64,000 bases of DNA from Dehalococcoidia bacterium (GTDB lineage Bacteria > Chloroflexota > Dehalococcoidia > Bin125). The DNA lies in NCBI GenBank assembly GCA_965205165.1, contig OZ242037.1, positions 1,706,576 to 1,770,575 of the forward strand. Reading direction: 5' to 3'. The translations under genes were made by a program, and so were the position numbers. Position 1 is the first letter of the stretch, and every line of letters starts with the position of its first letter. Below the pieces are notes generated by a model. It was not told the origin of the DNA and did no database searches. It worked only from the letters and a program-made list of their open reading frames with translations. Positions 47,952 to 56,688 of the stretch are shown here, piece by piece.

Positions 47952-48317
47952 TCACGTGACGACCTGCCACTGGCGGTAGCGGACGGTGCCTGATTGGGCG
48001 TGGGTGCAGGTCTGGGTGCGGGTGTATTCGTAGAGCTCGTAGGTCACGCCGTCGACGACGGAGCGCTGGCCGAGGCTTCGCTTGGTGGTGGTGACGGACT
48101 GGCAGCGCTGGTCTTGGGTGTCGGAGAGGTCGGGGGCGGCGGTGGGCGCGAAGGCGGCGGCGGCGATGGCGTCGGGGGTTTCGGCGATGCCGGTCGAGGC
48201 GGCGTCGGCGCTGCTCCAGGCGAGGAGGCCGATCAGGGCGATTGCGGCGGCCGCGGCGATGGTGGTGAGGGCGGCGAGCTTGGCGGTGCGGAAGTGCGAT
48301 GCGGGGGTGTTCGTCAT
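47952..48317 (-). CDS. Short secreted Cys-pair protein (family S')
   Basis: A 121-aa product with a signal peptide. It is a near-duplicate of the 48434..48799 product. Confidence 0.6.
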   Translation of the reverse strand: MTNTPASHFRTAKLAALTTIAAAAAIALIGLLAWSSADAASTGIAETPDAIAAAAFAPTAAPDLSDTQDQRCQSVTTTKRSLGQRSVVDGVTYELYEYTRTQTCTHAQSGTVRYRQWQVVT

Positions 48318-48433
48318 GATGCTTCCTTCTCGCTGGCGGCGGTCTCGGCACCGTTGTCAGTGTACGGCGGGGGCGGGGGTTTGGCTCAGCTGGGCCGGTT
48401 CTCCCGGTGTACTGGCGGCGGTGCCGGGGCTGG

Positions 48434-48799
48434 TCAGGTGACGGCTTCCCACCCGCGGTAGCGGACGGTGCCTTCGTTGGCTCCGCCGCAGTCTCTGGTG
48501 TTGGTGTACTCGTAGAGCTGGTAGGTCACGCCGTTGACGACGGTGGTCTGTCCGAGGCTTCGCTTGGTGCTGCTCGTGGTACTGCACCAGCTTTGCGGGT
48601 CGGAGGGGTCGGGGGCGGTGGCGGGTGCGAAGGCGGCGGCGGCGGCGATGGCGGCGGGGGTTTCGGCGATGCTGGTCGAGGCGGCGTCGGCGCTGCTCCA
48701 GGCGAGGAGGCCGATCAGGGCGAAGGCGGCGGCCGCGGCGATGGTGGTGAGGGCGGCGAGTTTGGCGGTGCGGAAGTGCGATGCGGGGGTGCTGGTCAT
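48434..48799 (-). CDS. Short secreted Cys-pair protein (family S')
   Basis: A 121-aa paralog of the 47952..48317 product. The two share 'MT(N/S)TPASHFRTAKLAALTTIAAAAA' and '...VRYR.W..VT'. Confidence 0.6.
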   Translation of the reverse strand: MTSTPASHFRTAKLAALTTIAAAAAFALIGLLAWSSADAASTSIAETPAAIAAAAAFAPATAPDPSDPQSWCSTTSSTKRSLGQTTVVNGVTYQLYEYTNTRDCGGANEGTVRYRGWEAVT

Positions 48800-48833
48800 G
48801 ATGCCCGTCTCCTCTCGCTTGCGGGGGTTGGGC

Positions 48834-49145
48834 TCAGCTGCCCCAGTCTTCCCAGTATTGGTGGCGGCGCTGGTTGCGGTCGACGGTGCCGCCGCTGCCG
48901 TCTGGGCAGCGGTCGACGATGGTCTCTTCCCAGAGTCTGTGGTCGACGTAGCCGAAGGAGTCGCGGGTGACGCGGAGGAGGCGGGTGTTGATGACGACTT
49001 CGGTGCAGCCGGCTTGGGTTTGCGCGAGGCTGGGTTCGGCGGGGGCGGCGGGTACTGATGCGGCGCCGGCGGAGGTTGCCGCGAGGGCGAGCGCGCCGGC
49101 GGCGAGGGCGGCGGCGAGGGCGAGCTTGAGCTTGCGGGTGATCAT
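48834..49145 (-). CDS. Short secreted Cys-pair protein (family S)
   Basis: A 103-aa product with a signal peptide and 'C...TIVDRCPDGSGGTVDRNQRRHQYW'. Confidence 0.6.
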   Translation of the reverse strand: MITRKLKLALAAALAAGALALAATSAGAASVPAAPAEPSLAQTQAGCTEVVINTRLLRVTRDSFGYVDHRLWEETIVDRCPDGSGGTVDRNQRRHQYWEDWGS

Positions 49146-49169
49146 CGTTGCGCCTTTTTGGGGAGCGGG

Positions 49170-49478
49170 CTAGCCGTTGTCGAACTCTTGGACGTCGACC
49201 CAGTAGCGGACGCGGCGCTGGTTGAGGTCGACGGTGCCGCCGGCGGCGGTGGTGCAGCGGTCGACGATGGTGTCTTCGATTTGGCGCTGGTCGATGAAGT
49301 TGCCGTCGCGGGTTTCGCTGATGACGCGGGAGGAGATGGTGACGGTGGTGCAGTCATCGGTCGCCGTGCTGGCCTGCTGCGCACCGACGGGCTGGGAGGC
49401 GGGGATTGCGACGAGCAGGACGGCGGCGGCGAAGGCGGCCAGGGCGGCGGTGATGCGGAGGTTCCGCGATGCGGTCAT
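49170..49478 (-). CDS. Short secreted Cys-pair protein (family S)
   Basis: A 102-aa paralog of the 48834..49145 product, with 'C...TIVDRCTTAAGGTVDLNQRRVRYW'. Confidence 0.6.
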   Translation of the reverse strand: MTASRNLRITAALAAFAAAVLLVAIPASQPVGAQQASTATDDCTTVTISSRVISETRDGNFIDQRQIEDTIVDRCTTAAGGTVDLNQRRVRYWVDVQEFDNG

Positions 49479-49520
49479 GTTGGGAGGGCCTCTCGTTGGC
49501 GGCTGTTTTCGGTGGCGGGC

Positions 49521-49871
49521 TTAGCCGCCGTCGCGGGACCAGTAGCTGCGGGAGTAGCTGCGGTCGACGCCGTCGGTGCAGGTTCGCTGGATCTGCTGGG
49601 TGTAATGGACCCAGTCGCCGCCGTCATCGGTGGCGGCGTTCCGGCCTATCTCGCGGGGGGTCTGGGGTTCCCAGGTGCAGGTCACCTGCTGAGCGGGGGC
49701 TGGCTGGCCGGCGGGCGGTGCGAAGGAGATGGCGATGGTCTCGGCTTCGCCGGCGGGCGGGGCGACCTCGGCGGCGTCGGTCTGGGCGGTCCAAGCGAGG
49801 AGGGCGAGTGCCGCGAGGAGAGCGGCGAGCGGCAGTGCTCGGCTGCGGGCGGTGGTTTTGATGGATGGCAT
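49521..49871 (-). CDS. Short secreted Cys-pair protein (family S)
   Basis: A 116-aa product with a signal peptide and 'CTWEP...CTDGVDRSYSRSYW'. The GCTATCCTGCGCG motif lies upstream. Confidence 0.55.
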   Translation of the reverse strand: MPSIKTTARSRALPLAALLAALALLAWTAQTDAAEVAPPAGEAETIAISFAPPAGQPAPAQQVTCTWEPQTPREIGRNAATDDGGDWVHYTQQIQRTCTDGVDRSYSRSYWSRDGG

Positions 49872-49902
49872 CGGGTGCTCCCTTCGCGGGCGGGGCGGTC
49901 TG

Positions 49903-49922
49903 CCCTCGCGCAGGATAGCCGG
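49903..49922 (-). promoter_or_regulatory. Recurrent promoter-like motif GGCTATCCTGCGCG on the minus strand (approximate coordinates) upstream of the secreted-protein gene ending at 49871
   Basis: The reverse complement of 'cgcgcaggatagcc' lies about 40 nt upstream of the start codon. Confidence 0.4.
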
Positions 49923-49938
49923 GCGGGGCGTGGGCGGA

Positions 49939-50658
49939 TCAGTCGGCGAGGTGGGATTCGCCCTGCGGCGGGGTGACCTGGAAGGCGTCCGGGGTCAGGC
50001 CGGGGACGATGGAGACGCGCCAGAGGGTGACGCGGTAGCGGACGGTGATGATCGAGATGGGGGGAGCGGGGGGGATGAGGCCGGCGGGTGCGTCGCTGCC
50101 GTCGGTCATGATCGGGAGCCAGGTGCTGGTGCAGCGGTAGTCCTCGACGCGTTCGATCTGCTCGAAGAGGACGTCGTCGACGGTCTGGGTGAGGCCGGTG
50201 AGGCGGATGCTGTGGATGTCGTTGACGGGGCAGCGGGTCTGGTAGTGCCAGCGGAGCATGGGGTGCTTGTCGTCCTGCATGATCAGGGCGCATTGGAGTT
50301 GCAGGTCGGTGAGGCGGTCTTCCGGTGGGATGCGGGCGACGAGCTTGTCGGAGTCGTCGACGGTCGTGCCGCGGAGTCGGGCGAAGTAGCGGTCTTGGAG
50401 GATGTCGAGGCTGGGGACGCCGGAGCAGTCTGGGCGGTCGTCGTCGGGGTTCGCGGGGGGCGGGGCAGGGTCGTCGTCTCCGTCGTCGGCGTCGCCGGAA
50501 GCGGAGCTGGTTCCGCCGTTGCTTGTGCTGGTGTCGCCGTCGTCGGGCGTTTGGGCGGAGGCGGTTGCGGCGAGGGCGAATACGGCGGCGAGCACGAGGA
50601 GCAGCGCGGCGGGGAGGAGGGCGATGCGCCAGGCGGGTCGGCTTTCAGTCTTGGTCAT
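49939..50658 (-). CDS. Secreted protein carrying shared domain B only
   Basis: A signal peptide, an acidic linker, then domain B 'YFARLRG...DSD...IP..DRLTD...C...HP.L.W...T.C......RLTG.....D.......RV....C.....P.M.DGS..P..LIPP'. Confidence 0.6.
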   Translation of the reverse strand: MTKTESRPAWRIALLPAALLLVLAAVFALAATASAQTPDDGDTSTSNGGTSSASGDADDGDDDPAPPPANPDDDRPDCSGVPSLDILQDRYFARLRGTTVDDSDKLVARIPPEDRLTDLQLQCALIMQDDKHPMLRWHYQTRCPVNDIHSIRLTGLTQTVDDVLFEQIERVEDYRCTSTWLPIMTDGSDAPAGLIPPAPPISIITVRYRVTLWRVSIVPGLTPDAFQVTPPQGESHLAD

Positions 50659-50700
50659 GGGGCGATCCTTTCGCGGGCTCGGGGAGATGGGCGGTCTGGT

Positions 50701-51804
50701 TTAGGTGCATTCGCGCCAGCAGAGCCAGAAGTAGGCGGACGACGGGGCGGTGAGCACCGTTCTCGGCTCGCTGGGGGGGATGAGGTCTTCGGGCGGGGTG
50801 GAGCCGTCGTCCATGGCGGGTGTTTGGACGTAGCGGCATTCGGAGGTGGCGACGCGCTGGAGTTGGATGTAGACGCCGTCTTGCTGGCGTTCTTCGACGC
50901 CGGTTCGGCGGAGGGAGATGAGGTCGAGGATTCTGCAGGTGGTGGTCTCGGACCAGGAGAGGCCGGGGTGCTTGAGGTCTTGGAAGATCTGGGCGCATTC
51001 GCGGCCCTCGTCGGTGATGCGGTCGGCTTGGGGGATCTGGCTGACGAGCCTGTCGGAGTCGGGTTTGGTGGAGCCGCGGGCGCGGGCGAAGTAGCGGTCC
51101 GTGAGGTATGTGCCGTCGCCGTAGGTGTTCACGCATTGGGTGGGGGTGACGGTGCCGGGCGGGCGGGAGAACTGGAAGGTGAAGTCCTCCCAGACGTCGG
51201 TGTTTTCGTCTTGCTCGTTGAAGTAGATGCCGGCGTGGAGGTAGGCGGGGCCGCTGTGGCTGTCGGGGACGGTGAAGGAGATTTCGACGGGGAGGGCGTT
51301 TTCCTCGCTGGTGGCGGTGGTTTCGGTGGGCCAGTGGCCGTCGACGGTTTGGTCGCGCCTGTTGAAGGTGCCGAGGGTGCGGCGGTCGGAGAAGTCGTCT
51401 GGGAGGTAGATGTGTGCGCCGGCGATCAGGGAGCCGTCGGAGCCGGGGGCGTCGCGGAGTTCGAGGTACCACTGGTCGCGGTAGACGGCGCCGCGGATGT
51501 CCTGGACGTTCTCGGCGACGACGTTGGCGGGGCCGCAGTTGCCGATTCCCCACGCTCGGAGGTAGAGGGTGATGGAGGTGGCGCGGGTCCAGGAGTATGC
51601 GCCGGCGGTTCTCTGGACGCTGTCTTGGTTGGGGCAGATGGCGGTGTCGCCGACTTTGGCGTACCAGCGGCCGAACCATTCCCTGTTCTGGGCGTCGACG
51701 GAGGCGCGGGGGAGGAGCGCGGCGGTCGCGCCGAGCAGGATGGCGGCGGCGAGGGCGAGCAGGGCGAGTCGGCCGGCTGGGGCGTTTCGGGCGAGGCGGA
51801 TCAT
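50701..51804 (-). CDS. Secreted two-domain protein (domain A + domain B)
   Basis: A signal peptide, then domain A 'WFGRWYAKVGDTAICP...YLELRD...ISFTVPDSHSGPAYLHAGIYFNEQDENTDVWEDFTFQF', then domain B. A TAAGAT -10-like box lies upstream. Confidence 0.65.
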   Translation of the reverse strand: MIRLARNAPAGRLALLALAAAILLGATAALLPRASVDAQNREWFGRWYAKVGDTAICPNQDSVQRTAGAYSWTRATSITLYLRAWGIGNCGPANVVAENVQDIRGAVYRDQWYLELRDAPGSDGSLIAGAHIYLPDDFSDRRTLGTFNRRDQTVDGHWPTETTATSEENALPVEISFTVPDSHSGPAYLHAGIYFNEQDENTDVWEDFTFQFSRPPGTVTPTQCVNTYGDGTYLTDRYFARARGSTKPDSDRLVSQIPQADRITDEGRECAQIFQDLKHPGLSWSETTTCRILDLISLRRTGVEERQQDGVYIQLQRVATSECRYVQTPAMDDGSTPPEDLIPPSEPRTVLTAPSSAYFWLCWRECT

Positions 51805-51844
51805 CGCGGCACTTCCCGTTTGCGGCGGGCTTGGCGGATCGGGG

Positions 51845-51858
51845 CGATCTTACCCTGA
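51845..51858 (-). promoter_or_regulatory. -10-like TAAGAT element (minus strand, 'cagggTAAGATcgc', approximate coordinates) upstream of secreted-protein gene 50701..51804
   Basis: The 'cagggtaa(a/g)at' context matches that of the paralogous gene. Confidence 0.4.
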
Positions 51859-51877
51859 AGGGGGGTGGCTGGCGGGG

Positions 51878-52528
51878 CTAGGCGCAGTCTTCCCAGCAGA
51901 GCCAGAAATAGGCGACGTGGGGGCCGGTGATTTCGGTTCTGGGTTCGCTGGGGGGGATCAGGTCGTCGGGCGGGGTTGAGCCGTCGTCCATGGCGGGGGT
52001 TTGAACGTGCTGGCAGGAATGTGAGGCGGTGCGCTGGAACTGGGCGTAGGTGCCGTCTTGGCGTTCTTGGCGGGAGCCGGTGAGGCGCAGCGATTCGACG
52101 AGGTGGATGCGGCAGGTGACGCGCTCAGACCAGGAGAGGCCGGGGTGGGCCTCGTTTTGGAGGGACTGGGCGCAGAGGCGCTCATCGGCGGTGAGGCGGT
52201 CGGCTTGGGGGATGGCGGCGAGGCGGCGGTCGGAGCCGTCTTTGTCGGAGCTGGGGATGCGGGCGAAGTAGGTGTTTTGGAGGTCTTGCAGGCCTCCGCT
52301 GTACTGGAGGCACTCGGGGCTGTCGGAGGCGGTGCCAGCGGCACCGGCGCCGGCGGGCGGGTTGTCGTCGCCTTCGCTGATGGTGATCGGGGTGGATGCG
52401 GAGTTGCCGGTTTGCTGTGCGGAGGCGGTTGCGGAGGCGGCGATGATGGCGGCGAGTGCGAGGAGCAGGGCGGCGGCGAGGAGTGCGGGGCGCGGGGAGA
52501 GCGCGGCTTCGAGGTTTTTCCGGGTCAT
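51878..52528 (-). CDS. Secreted protein carrying domain B only
   Basis: A 216-aa paralog of the 49939..50658 product, with '...YFARIPSSDKDGSDRRLAAIPQADRLTADERLCAQ...PAMDDGSTPPDDLIPP'. Confidence 0.6.
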   Translation of the reverse strand: MTRKNLEAALSPRPALLAAALLLALAAIIAASATASAQQTGNSASTPITISEGDDNPPAGAGAAGTASDSPECLQYSGGLQDLQNTYFARIPSSDKDGSDRRLAAIPQADRLTADERLCAQSLQNEAHPGLSWSERVTCRIHLVESLRLTGSRQERQDGTYAQFQRTASHSCQHVQTPAMDDGSTPPDDLIPPSEPRTEITGPHVAYFWLCWEDCA

Positions 52529-52563
52529 GGGGCGTCCTTTCGGGGGCGGGCGGGGGGGCTCTC

Positions 52564-53619
52564 CTAGATCCAGAAGTAGTGGATGAGGGGGCCGGTGGCT
52601 TCGGTCCTGGTCTCGTAGGGGGGGATCAGGTAGCCGGGGACGTGGGAGCGGTCGCTCATCGTGGGACTTGCGGTGTGGCTGCAGTCGAAGGTGGCGGTGC
52701 GCTGGACTTGGTAGTGGAGGTGGCCGTCGGCGCCTCGTTGCTCGGAGCCGGTGCGGCGGAGGGAGATGAGCCTGGTGAGGGAGCAGTCGGTGTCGTGCTG
52801 CCAGGTCAGTGCGGGCCATTGGAGGTTTTGGAGGACTTGGGCGCAGTAGCGCTGGTCGGCGGTGATGCGGTCGGCTTGGGGCGTTCGCCAGAGGGCGTTG
52901 TTCCTGGTGCCGTCGGCATTGAGGGCGTAGTAGCGGTTTTGGATGGTTTCCAGGGCGCCTGGGAGCACGGAGCAGGTCGGGTTGGGGCGGGAGAACTGGA
53001 AGGTGAAGTCTTCCCAGACATCTTCGTTTTCGTCTTGCGAGTTGAAGTAGATGCCGGCGTGGAGGTAGACGGCGCCGGCGTGGTCGTCGGGGATGGTGAA
53101 GGAGATTTCAGCGGCGCGGACGGGGACCTCTTGGTGGTTGAGGGTCGGCCAGTTGCCATCGGTGGTCTGGTCGCGCCTGTTGAGGGTGCCGCTGGTGCGG
53201 CGGCCGCGGAAGTTGTCGGGGAGGTCGATGTGGGCGCCGTCGATCAGGGAGCCGCGGGAGCCGGAGGCGTCGCGGAGTTCGAGGTACCACTGGTTGCGGT
53301 AGATGGCCCCGTCGACGCTGCCGACGGTCTGGGCGACGACGTTGTCCGGGCTGCAGTCGCTGATGCCCCATTCCCTGAAGTGGAGGGTGATGGAGGTGGA
53401 TCCGGTTGTGGAGTAGTCGCCGGCGTCGGCGACGATGTCGTTTTGTTCGGGGCAGATGGGGGTGTTGCCGACTTTGGCGTACCAGCGGCCGAACCAGTTC
53501 ATGTTCTGGGCGTCGGCGGGGGCGCGGGGGAGGAGTGCGGCGGTTGCGCCGAGCAGGATGGCGGCGGCGAGGGCGAGCAGGGCGAGTCGGCGGGCGGGGA
53601 TTCTCGGGGTGATGGTCAC
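52564..53619 (-). CDS. Secreted two-domain protein (domain A + domain B), paralog of 50701..51804
   Basis: Domain A 'WFGRWYAKVGNTPICP...' is followed by a divergent domain B. The start is probably the GTG at 53619. A TAAAAT -10-like box lies upstream. Confidence 0.6.
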   Translation of the reverse strand: MTITPRIPARRLALLALAAAILLGATAALLPRAPADAQNMNWFGRWYAKVGNTPICPEQNDIVADAGDYSTTGSTSITLHFREWGISDCSPDNVVAQTVGSVDGAIYRNQWYLELRDASGSRGSLIDGAHIDLPDNFRGRRTSGTLNRRDQTTDGNWPTLNHQEVPVRAAEISFTIPDDHAGAVYLHAGIYFNSQDENEDVWEDFTFQFSRPNPTCSVLPGALETIQNRYYALNADGTRNNALWRTPQADRITADQRYCAQVLQNLQWPALTWQHDTDCSLTRLISLRRTGSEQRGADGHLHYQVQRTATFDCSHTASPTMSDRSHVPGYLIPPYETRTEATGPLIHYFWI

Positions 53620-53654
53620 GGCGCGTCCTGTTCCCGGTGCGGTTGTCGGCAACG

Positions 53655-53670
53655 GGAATTTTACCCTGAG
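53655..53670 (-). promoter_or_regulatory. -10-like TAAAAT element (minus strand, 'cagggTAAAATtcc', approximate coordinates) upstream of secreted-protein gene 52564..53619
   Basis: An AT-rich hexamer in an otherwise ~70% GC intergenic region, about 40-50 nt upstream of the start. The paralog at 51845..51858 has a matching element. Confidence 0.4.
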
Positions 53671-53705
53671 TCGGGGCAGATGAGGCCGCGAAGATCGGGG
53701 GGCGG

Positions 53706-54365
53706 TCAGCTGGAGGGGGCGGGGATGGCGGCGGGGACGGAGGTGGTCCAGTACTGGTTGTCGATGGTCTGGGTGACGCGTCCGCAGGCGCGGGAGCCGA
53801 CGACGCGGACTTCGTAGACGACGCGGTGGTTGGGGCCGTACATGCCGCGGCGGAGGATCGTCGGGGAGAGGGTTTGGATGGGACCGCAGATGGTCCATTG
53901 CTGGGCATAGGCGGTTCGGCCGCATTCGTTGCGCTCGGTGTTGCGCCAGAGGTATTCGGTGCGGCCGTTGGAGGTGCGCTGGTTGAGGGTTTCGTCGGTG
54001 ATGGTCTTGATGCCGGAGCAGCCGCCGGTGTAGGCGTTGGGGATGTCGGACAGGCGGGTTGGGGACCAGTAGGTCAGCCTTGTGTTGACGGCGGTGCCGT
54101 CGCAGTCGCGCCAGGTGTCTTCGGAGTAGGGGGTGGCGTTGGAGTAGCCGCCGTTGCTGTAGACCAAGCCGGGGCGGCCGATCTGGCGGATGGTGCGCTG
54201 GAGGATGTAGGGGCAGTCTTCGGGGGAGCTGGCGTCGGTGCGGTCGACGGCGCGGGGGGCTTGGGGGAGGGGGCTGGTGCGGGAGTCGGCGGGCTGGGCG
54301 GCGAACGTCCAGGCGGAGAGGCCGGCGATGAGGGCGAGGAGGGCGGCGAGGGTGATCTTGGTCAT
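53706..54365 (-). CDS. Secreted Cys-rich protein (distinct family)
   Basis: A 219-aa product with a signal peptide and six Cys. No family was recognised. Confidence 0.5.
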   Translation of the reverse strand: MTKITLAALLALIAGLSAWTFAAQPADSRTSPLPQAPRAVDRTDASSPEDCPYILQRTIRQIGRPGLVYSNGGYSNATPYSEDTWRDCDGTAVNTRLTYWSPTRLSDIPNAYTGGCSGIKTITDETLNQRTSNGRTEYLWRNTERNECGRTAYAQQWTICGPIQTLSPTILRRGMYGPNHRVVYEVRVVGSRACGRVTQTIDNQYWTTSVPAAIPAPSS

Positions 54366-54504
54366 GGGGGTGCTCCGGATTCCGCCAGCGGCGGTTGGTC
54401 TGGATTCTAGGCGGTTCGGAGGGCGCGTGTCAGGGTGCGGGGGTTGCGGCTGTGGTGCTGCATCATCGTCGTCTCGCGGGCGGGCCCGGATCGGATAGGC
54501 CGCG

Positions 54505-55410
54505 CTAGGACTGGTGGTGGATTTCGGGCGGGATGCGGTCGACTGGGGCGCCGTAGGTGGTTCGGCTGGTGTAGGCGCGGCCGTTGCAGTTGTAGGTGGC
54601 GGTTACCTGGATCGAGATGTAGCGGACTTGGCTGCCGGCGTCGGGCGAGTCGTAGGGCTCGCCGATCTGTTGGACGATGCGCTCGACGGGGCCGACGCAG
54701 GCGCGGTGCGCGGGGGCGTTGAACTTGAGGCGGGCGTGGGTGTGCTTGACGTCATTGGCCCACATGGTGAGATGGAGCCAGACGGGGCCGGAGTGGGAGC
54801 GGGGCACGGAGAAGCGGATGTTGACGCGGGGGAGGTTGCCGACGTGGAGCGCGCCGTCTTGGTCGCAGTAGCCGAAGGTTCCCTTGTCGGGCGAGGCTCC
54901 GATGCGGCGGGCGTAGATGCGATTGTAGGTCTCGCCGTCGGCGTTGCGCCAGGAGCCGTCGCTGCAGGTGAGGCCGCTGACGTACTCGATGTCGGCGCCC
55001 GGGACGAGGTCGCCGGTCTCGCCATGGGCGGTCGAATCGGACGAGGTGATTTTGAGTTCGTAGGCCGAGATGGGGTAGTCGAAGGGGGCGGGGGTGTGGG
55101 TTCTGCAGGGGAGGCCGCGGCCGAGGCGGAAGGCGACGGAGTTCCAAGCGCCGTTGTCGGCGTAGGGGGCGCTGGCGGTGCGGTCGCAGACGTTGCGGTT
55201 TTGGACGGAACCCCAGGTGGTGCCGGCTTCGCCGAGCTGTGCGGTGATGCTGGAGTTGCCTTGGCGCCAGGCGACGGCGCCGGGGTTGCCGTCGGCATCG
55301 GCGGGGGCGGGGGCGAGGAGGAGCCAGCCGCCGAGGAGGAGGGCGAGGGTCAGGGCGAGGAGGGCGGCGCGGCGGAGGGCGGGCCGGGGCCGTGGGGCGG
55401 AAGCGGTCAT
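54505..55410 (-). CDS. Secreted protein sharing sub-domain C1 with 55441 and 56689 products
   Basis: A signal peptide is followed by a C-terminal 'ACVGPVERIVQQIGEPYD...YNCNGRAYTSRTTYGAPVDRIPPEI', comparable with 'CVGPIQRHVQRIG...VDRIPRDI'. Confidence 0.55.
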   Translation of the reverse strand: MTASAPRPRPALRRAALLALTLALLLGGWLLLAPAPADADGNPGAVAWRQGNSSITAQLGEAGTTWGSVQNRNVCDRTASAPYADNGAWNSVAFRLGRGLPCRTHTPAPFDYPISAYELKITSSDSTAHGETGDLVPGADIEYVSGLTCSDGSWRNADGETYNRIYARRIGASPDKGTFGYCDQDGALHVGNLPRVNIRFSVPRSHSGPVWLHLTMWANDVKHTHARLKFNAPAHRACVGPVERIVQQIGEPYDSPDAGSQVRYISIQVTATYNCNGRAYTSRTTYGAPVDRIPPEIHHQS

Positions 55411-55440
55411 GGTTCGGTTCCCTTCAGGCCGGAGGGGGTT

Positions 55441-56658
55441 CTAGGGCGCGGTGATGGTGGCGGGGACGTTGTAGGTCCAGAGGAGGTTGATGAACCAGTA
55501 GGGGCAGCTGGCGTCGAGTTCTTGTCCGCTGAGCTGGTGGCGGAGGTCGACTTGGTAGGCGATGCGGTTGTCGGCGGTGATGCGGCGCTGGAGGATGATC
55601 GGCGTCTGGCTGAGGATGCCGCCGCCGCAGGTGGTGACGCCGATCACGGTGCCGGGGTTGGGGGTGCCGCCGCCGCAGCCTTGGTCGGCCCAGCGGAGCT
55701 GGAAGGAGTAGGCGGTGCGGCCGCCGCGCTGGCCGGCGACGTGCAGGCTGTTGTCCTTGTCGCGCTGGTAGTCGGAGGTGATGCCGGACTTGATCAGGTT
55801 GCAGTCGGCGTGCGGTCGGGGGATATCGCGCGGGATGCGGTCGACCGGGACTCTGTAACGGGTGCGGGTGGTTCGGGCGGTGCCGTCGCAGTCGTGGATT
55901 TCGGTGACTTGGATCACTTGGCGCGAGTTCAGGGGCGGGCCGATTCTTTGGACATGGCGCTGGATGGGGCCGACGCAGGCGTTGGAGGCAGGCGGCGTTG
56001 GAGGCGGGTTGAACTTGAAGGTGAAGGGTTCCCAGACGTCGTTGTTGTCGTGTTGCTCGTTGAAGAAGACGCTGACGTAGAGGTAGACGGGGCCGGTGTG
56101 GCTGCTGGGGACGGTGAAGGAGATTTGGGCGGTTCTCATGTAGGGGCCGCCGCCGTAGTTGGAGTAGTTGGGCCAGTCGCCGTCGCTGGCTTTGTCGAGG
56201 GAGTTGTGGGTGCCGGTGGTGCGTCGGCCGCTGAAGGTGGCGGGGAGGGTGATGCCTGCGCCGCTGATCAGGGAGCCGCCGGTGCCGGTGGCGGTGCGCA
56301 GCTGCATGGTCCAATTGCCGGCGTAATCAGCGCCTTCCTCGCCGCTCTGGGAGTCGGTGAGGACGTTGGAGTCGCTGCAGTTGGGGAGGTCGAAGGCCAG
56401 CATGCGGAGGGTGATCGTGGTGGGGGAGGTGCGCGAGTATTCGCCGGCATCGGCTTCGGTGGCGGTTTCGTCGGGCGGGCAGATGGCGGTGTCGCCGACT
56501 TTGGCGTACCAGCGGCCGTAGAGGTCCCCGGCTTGGGCATCGGCCATGGCGGTGGAGAGAGCGATGGAGCCGGCGAGGAGAAGGGCGAGGGCCAGGGCGA
56601 GCAGGGCGGCGCGACCGAGGGCGGGATGCCGGCGGGTTGCGGGAGCGAGGGTGGTCAT
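55441..56658 (-). CDS. Secreted two-domain protein (domain A + domain C)
   Basis: A signal peptide, then domain A ('GRWYAKVGDTAICP...FTFKF'), then domain C ('CVGPIQRHVQRIG...CGGGILSQTP...SCPYWFINLLWTYNVPATITAP'). Confidence 0.65.
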   Translation of the reverse strand: MTTLAPATRRHPALGRAALLALALALLLAGSIALSTAMADAQAGDLYGRWYAKVGDTAICPPDETATEADAGEYSRTSPTTITLRMLAFDLPNCSDSNVLTDSQSGEEGADYAGNWTMQLRTATGTGGSLISGAGITLPATFSGRRTTGTHNSLDKASDGDWPNYSNYGGGPYMRTAQISFTVPSSHTGPVYLYVSVFFNEQHDNNDVWEPFTFKFNPPPTPPASNACVGPIQRHVQRIGPPLNSRQVIQVTEIHDCDGTARTTRTRYRVPVDRIPRDIPRPHADCNLIKSGITSDYQRDKDNSLHVAGQRGGRTAYSFQLRWADQGCGGGTPNPGTVIGVTTCGGGILSQTPIILQRRITADNRIAYQVDLRHQLSGQELDASCPYWFINLLWTYNVPATITAP

Positions 56659-56688
56659 GGGGTGTTCCCTTCCACGCCGCAGGGTGCG

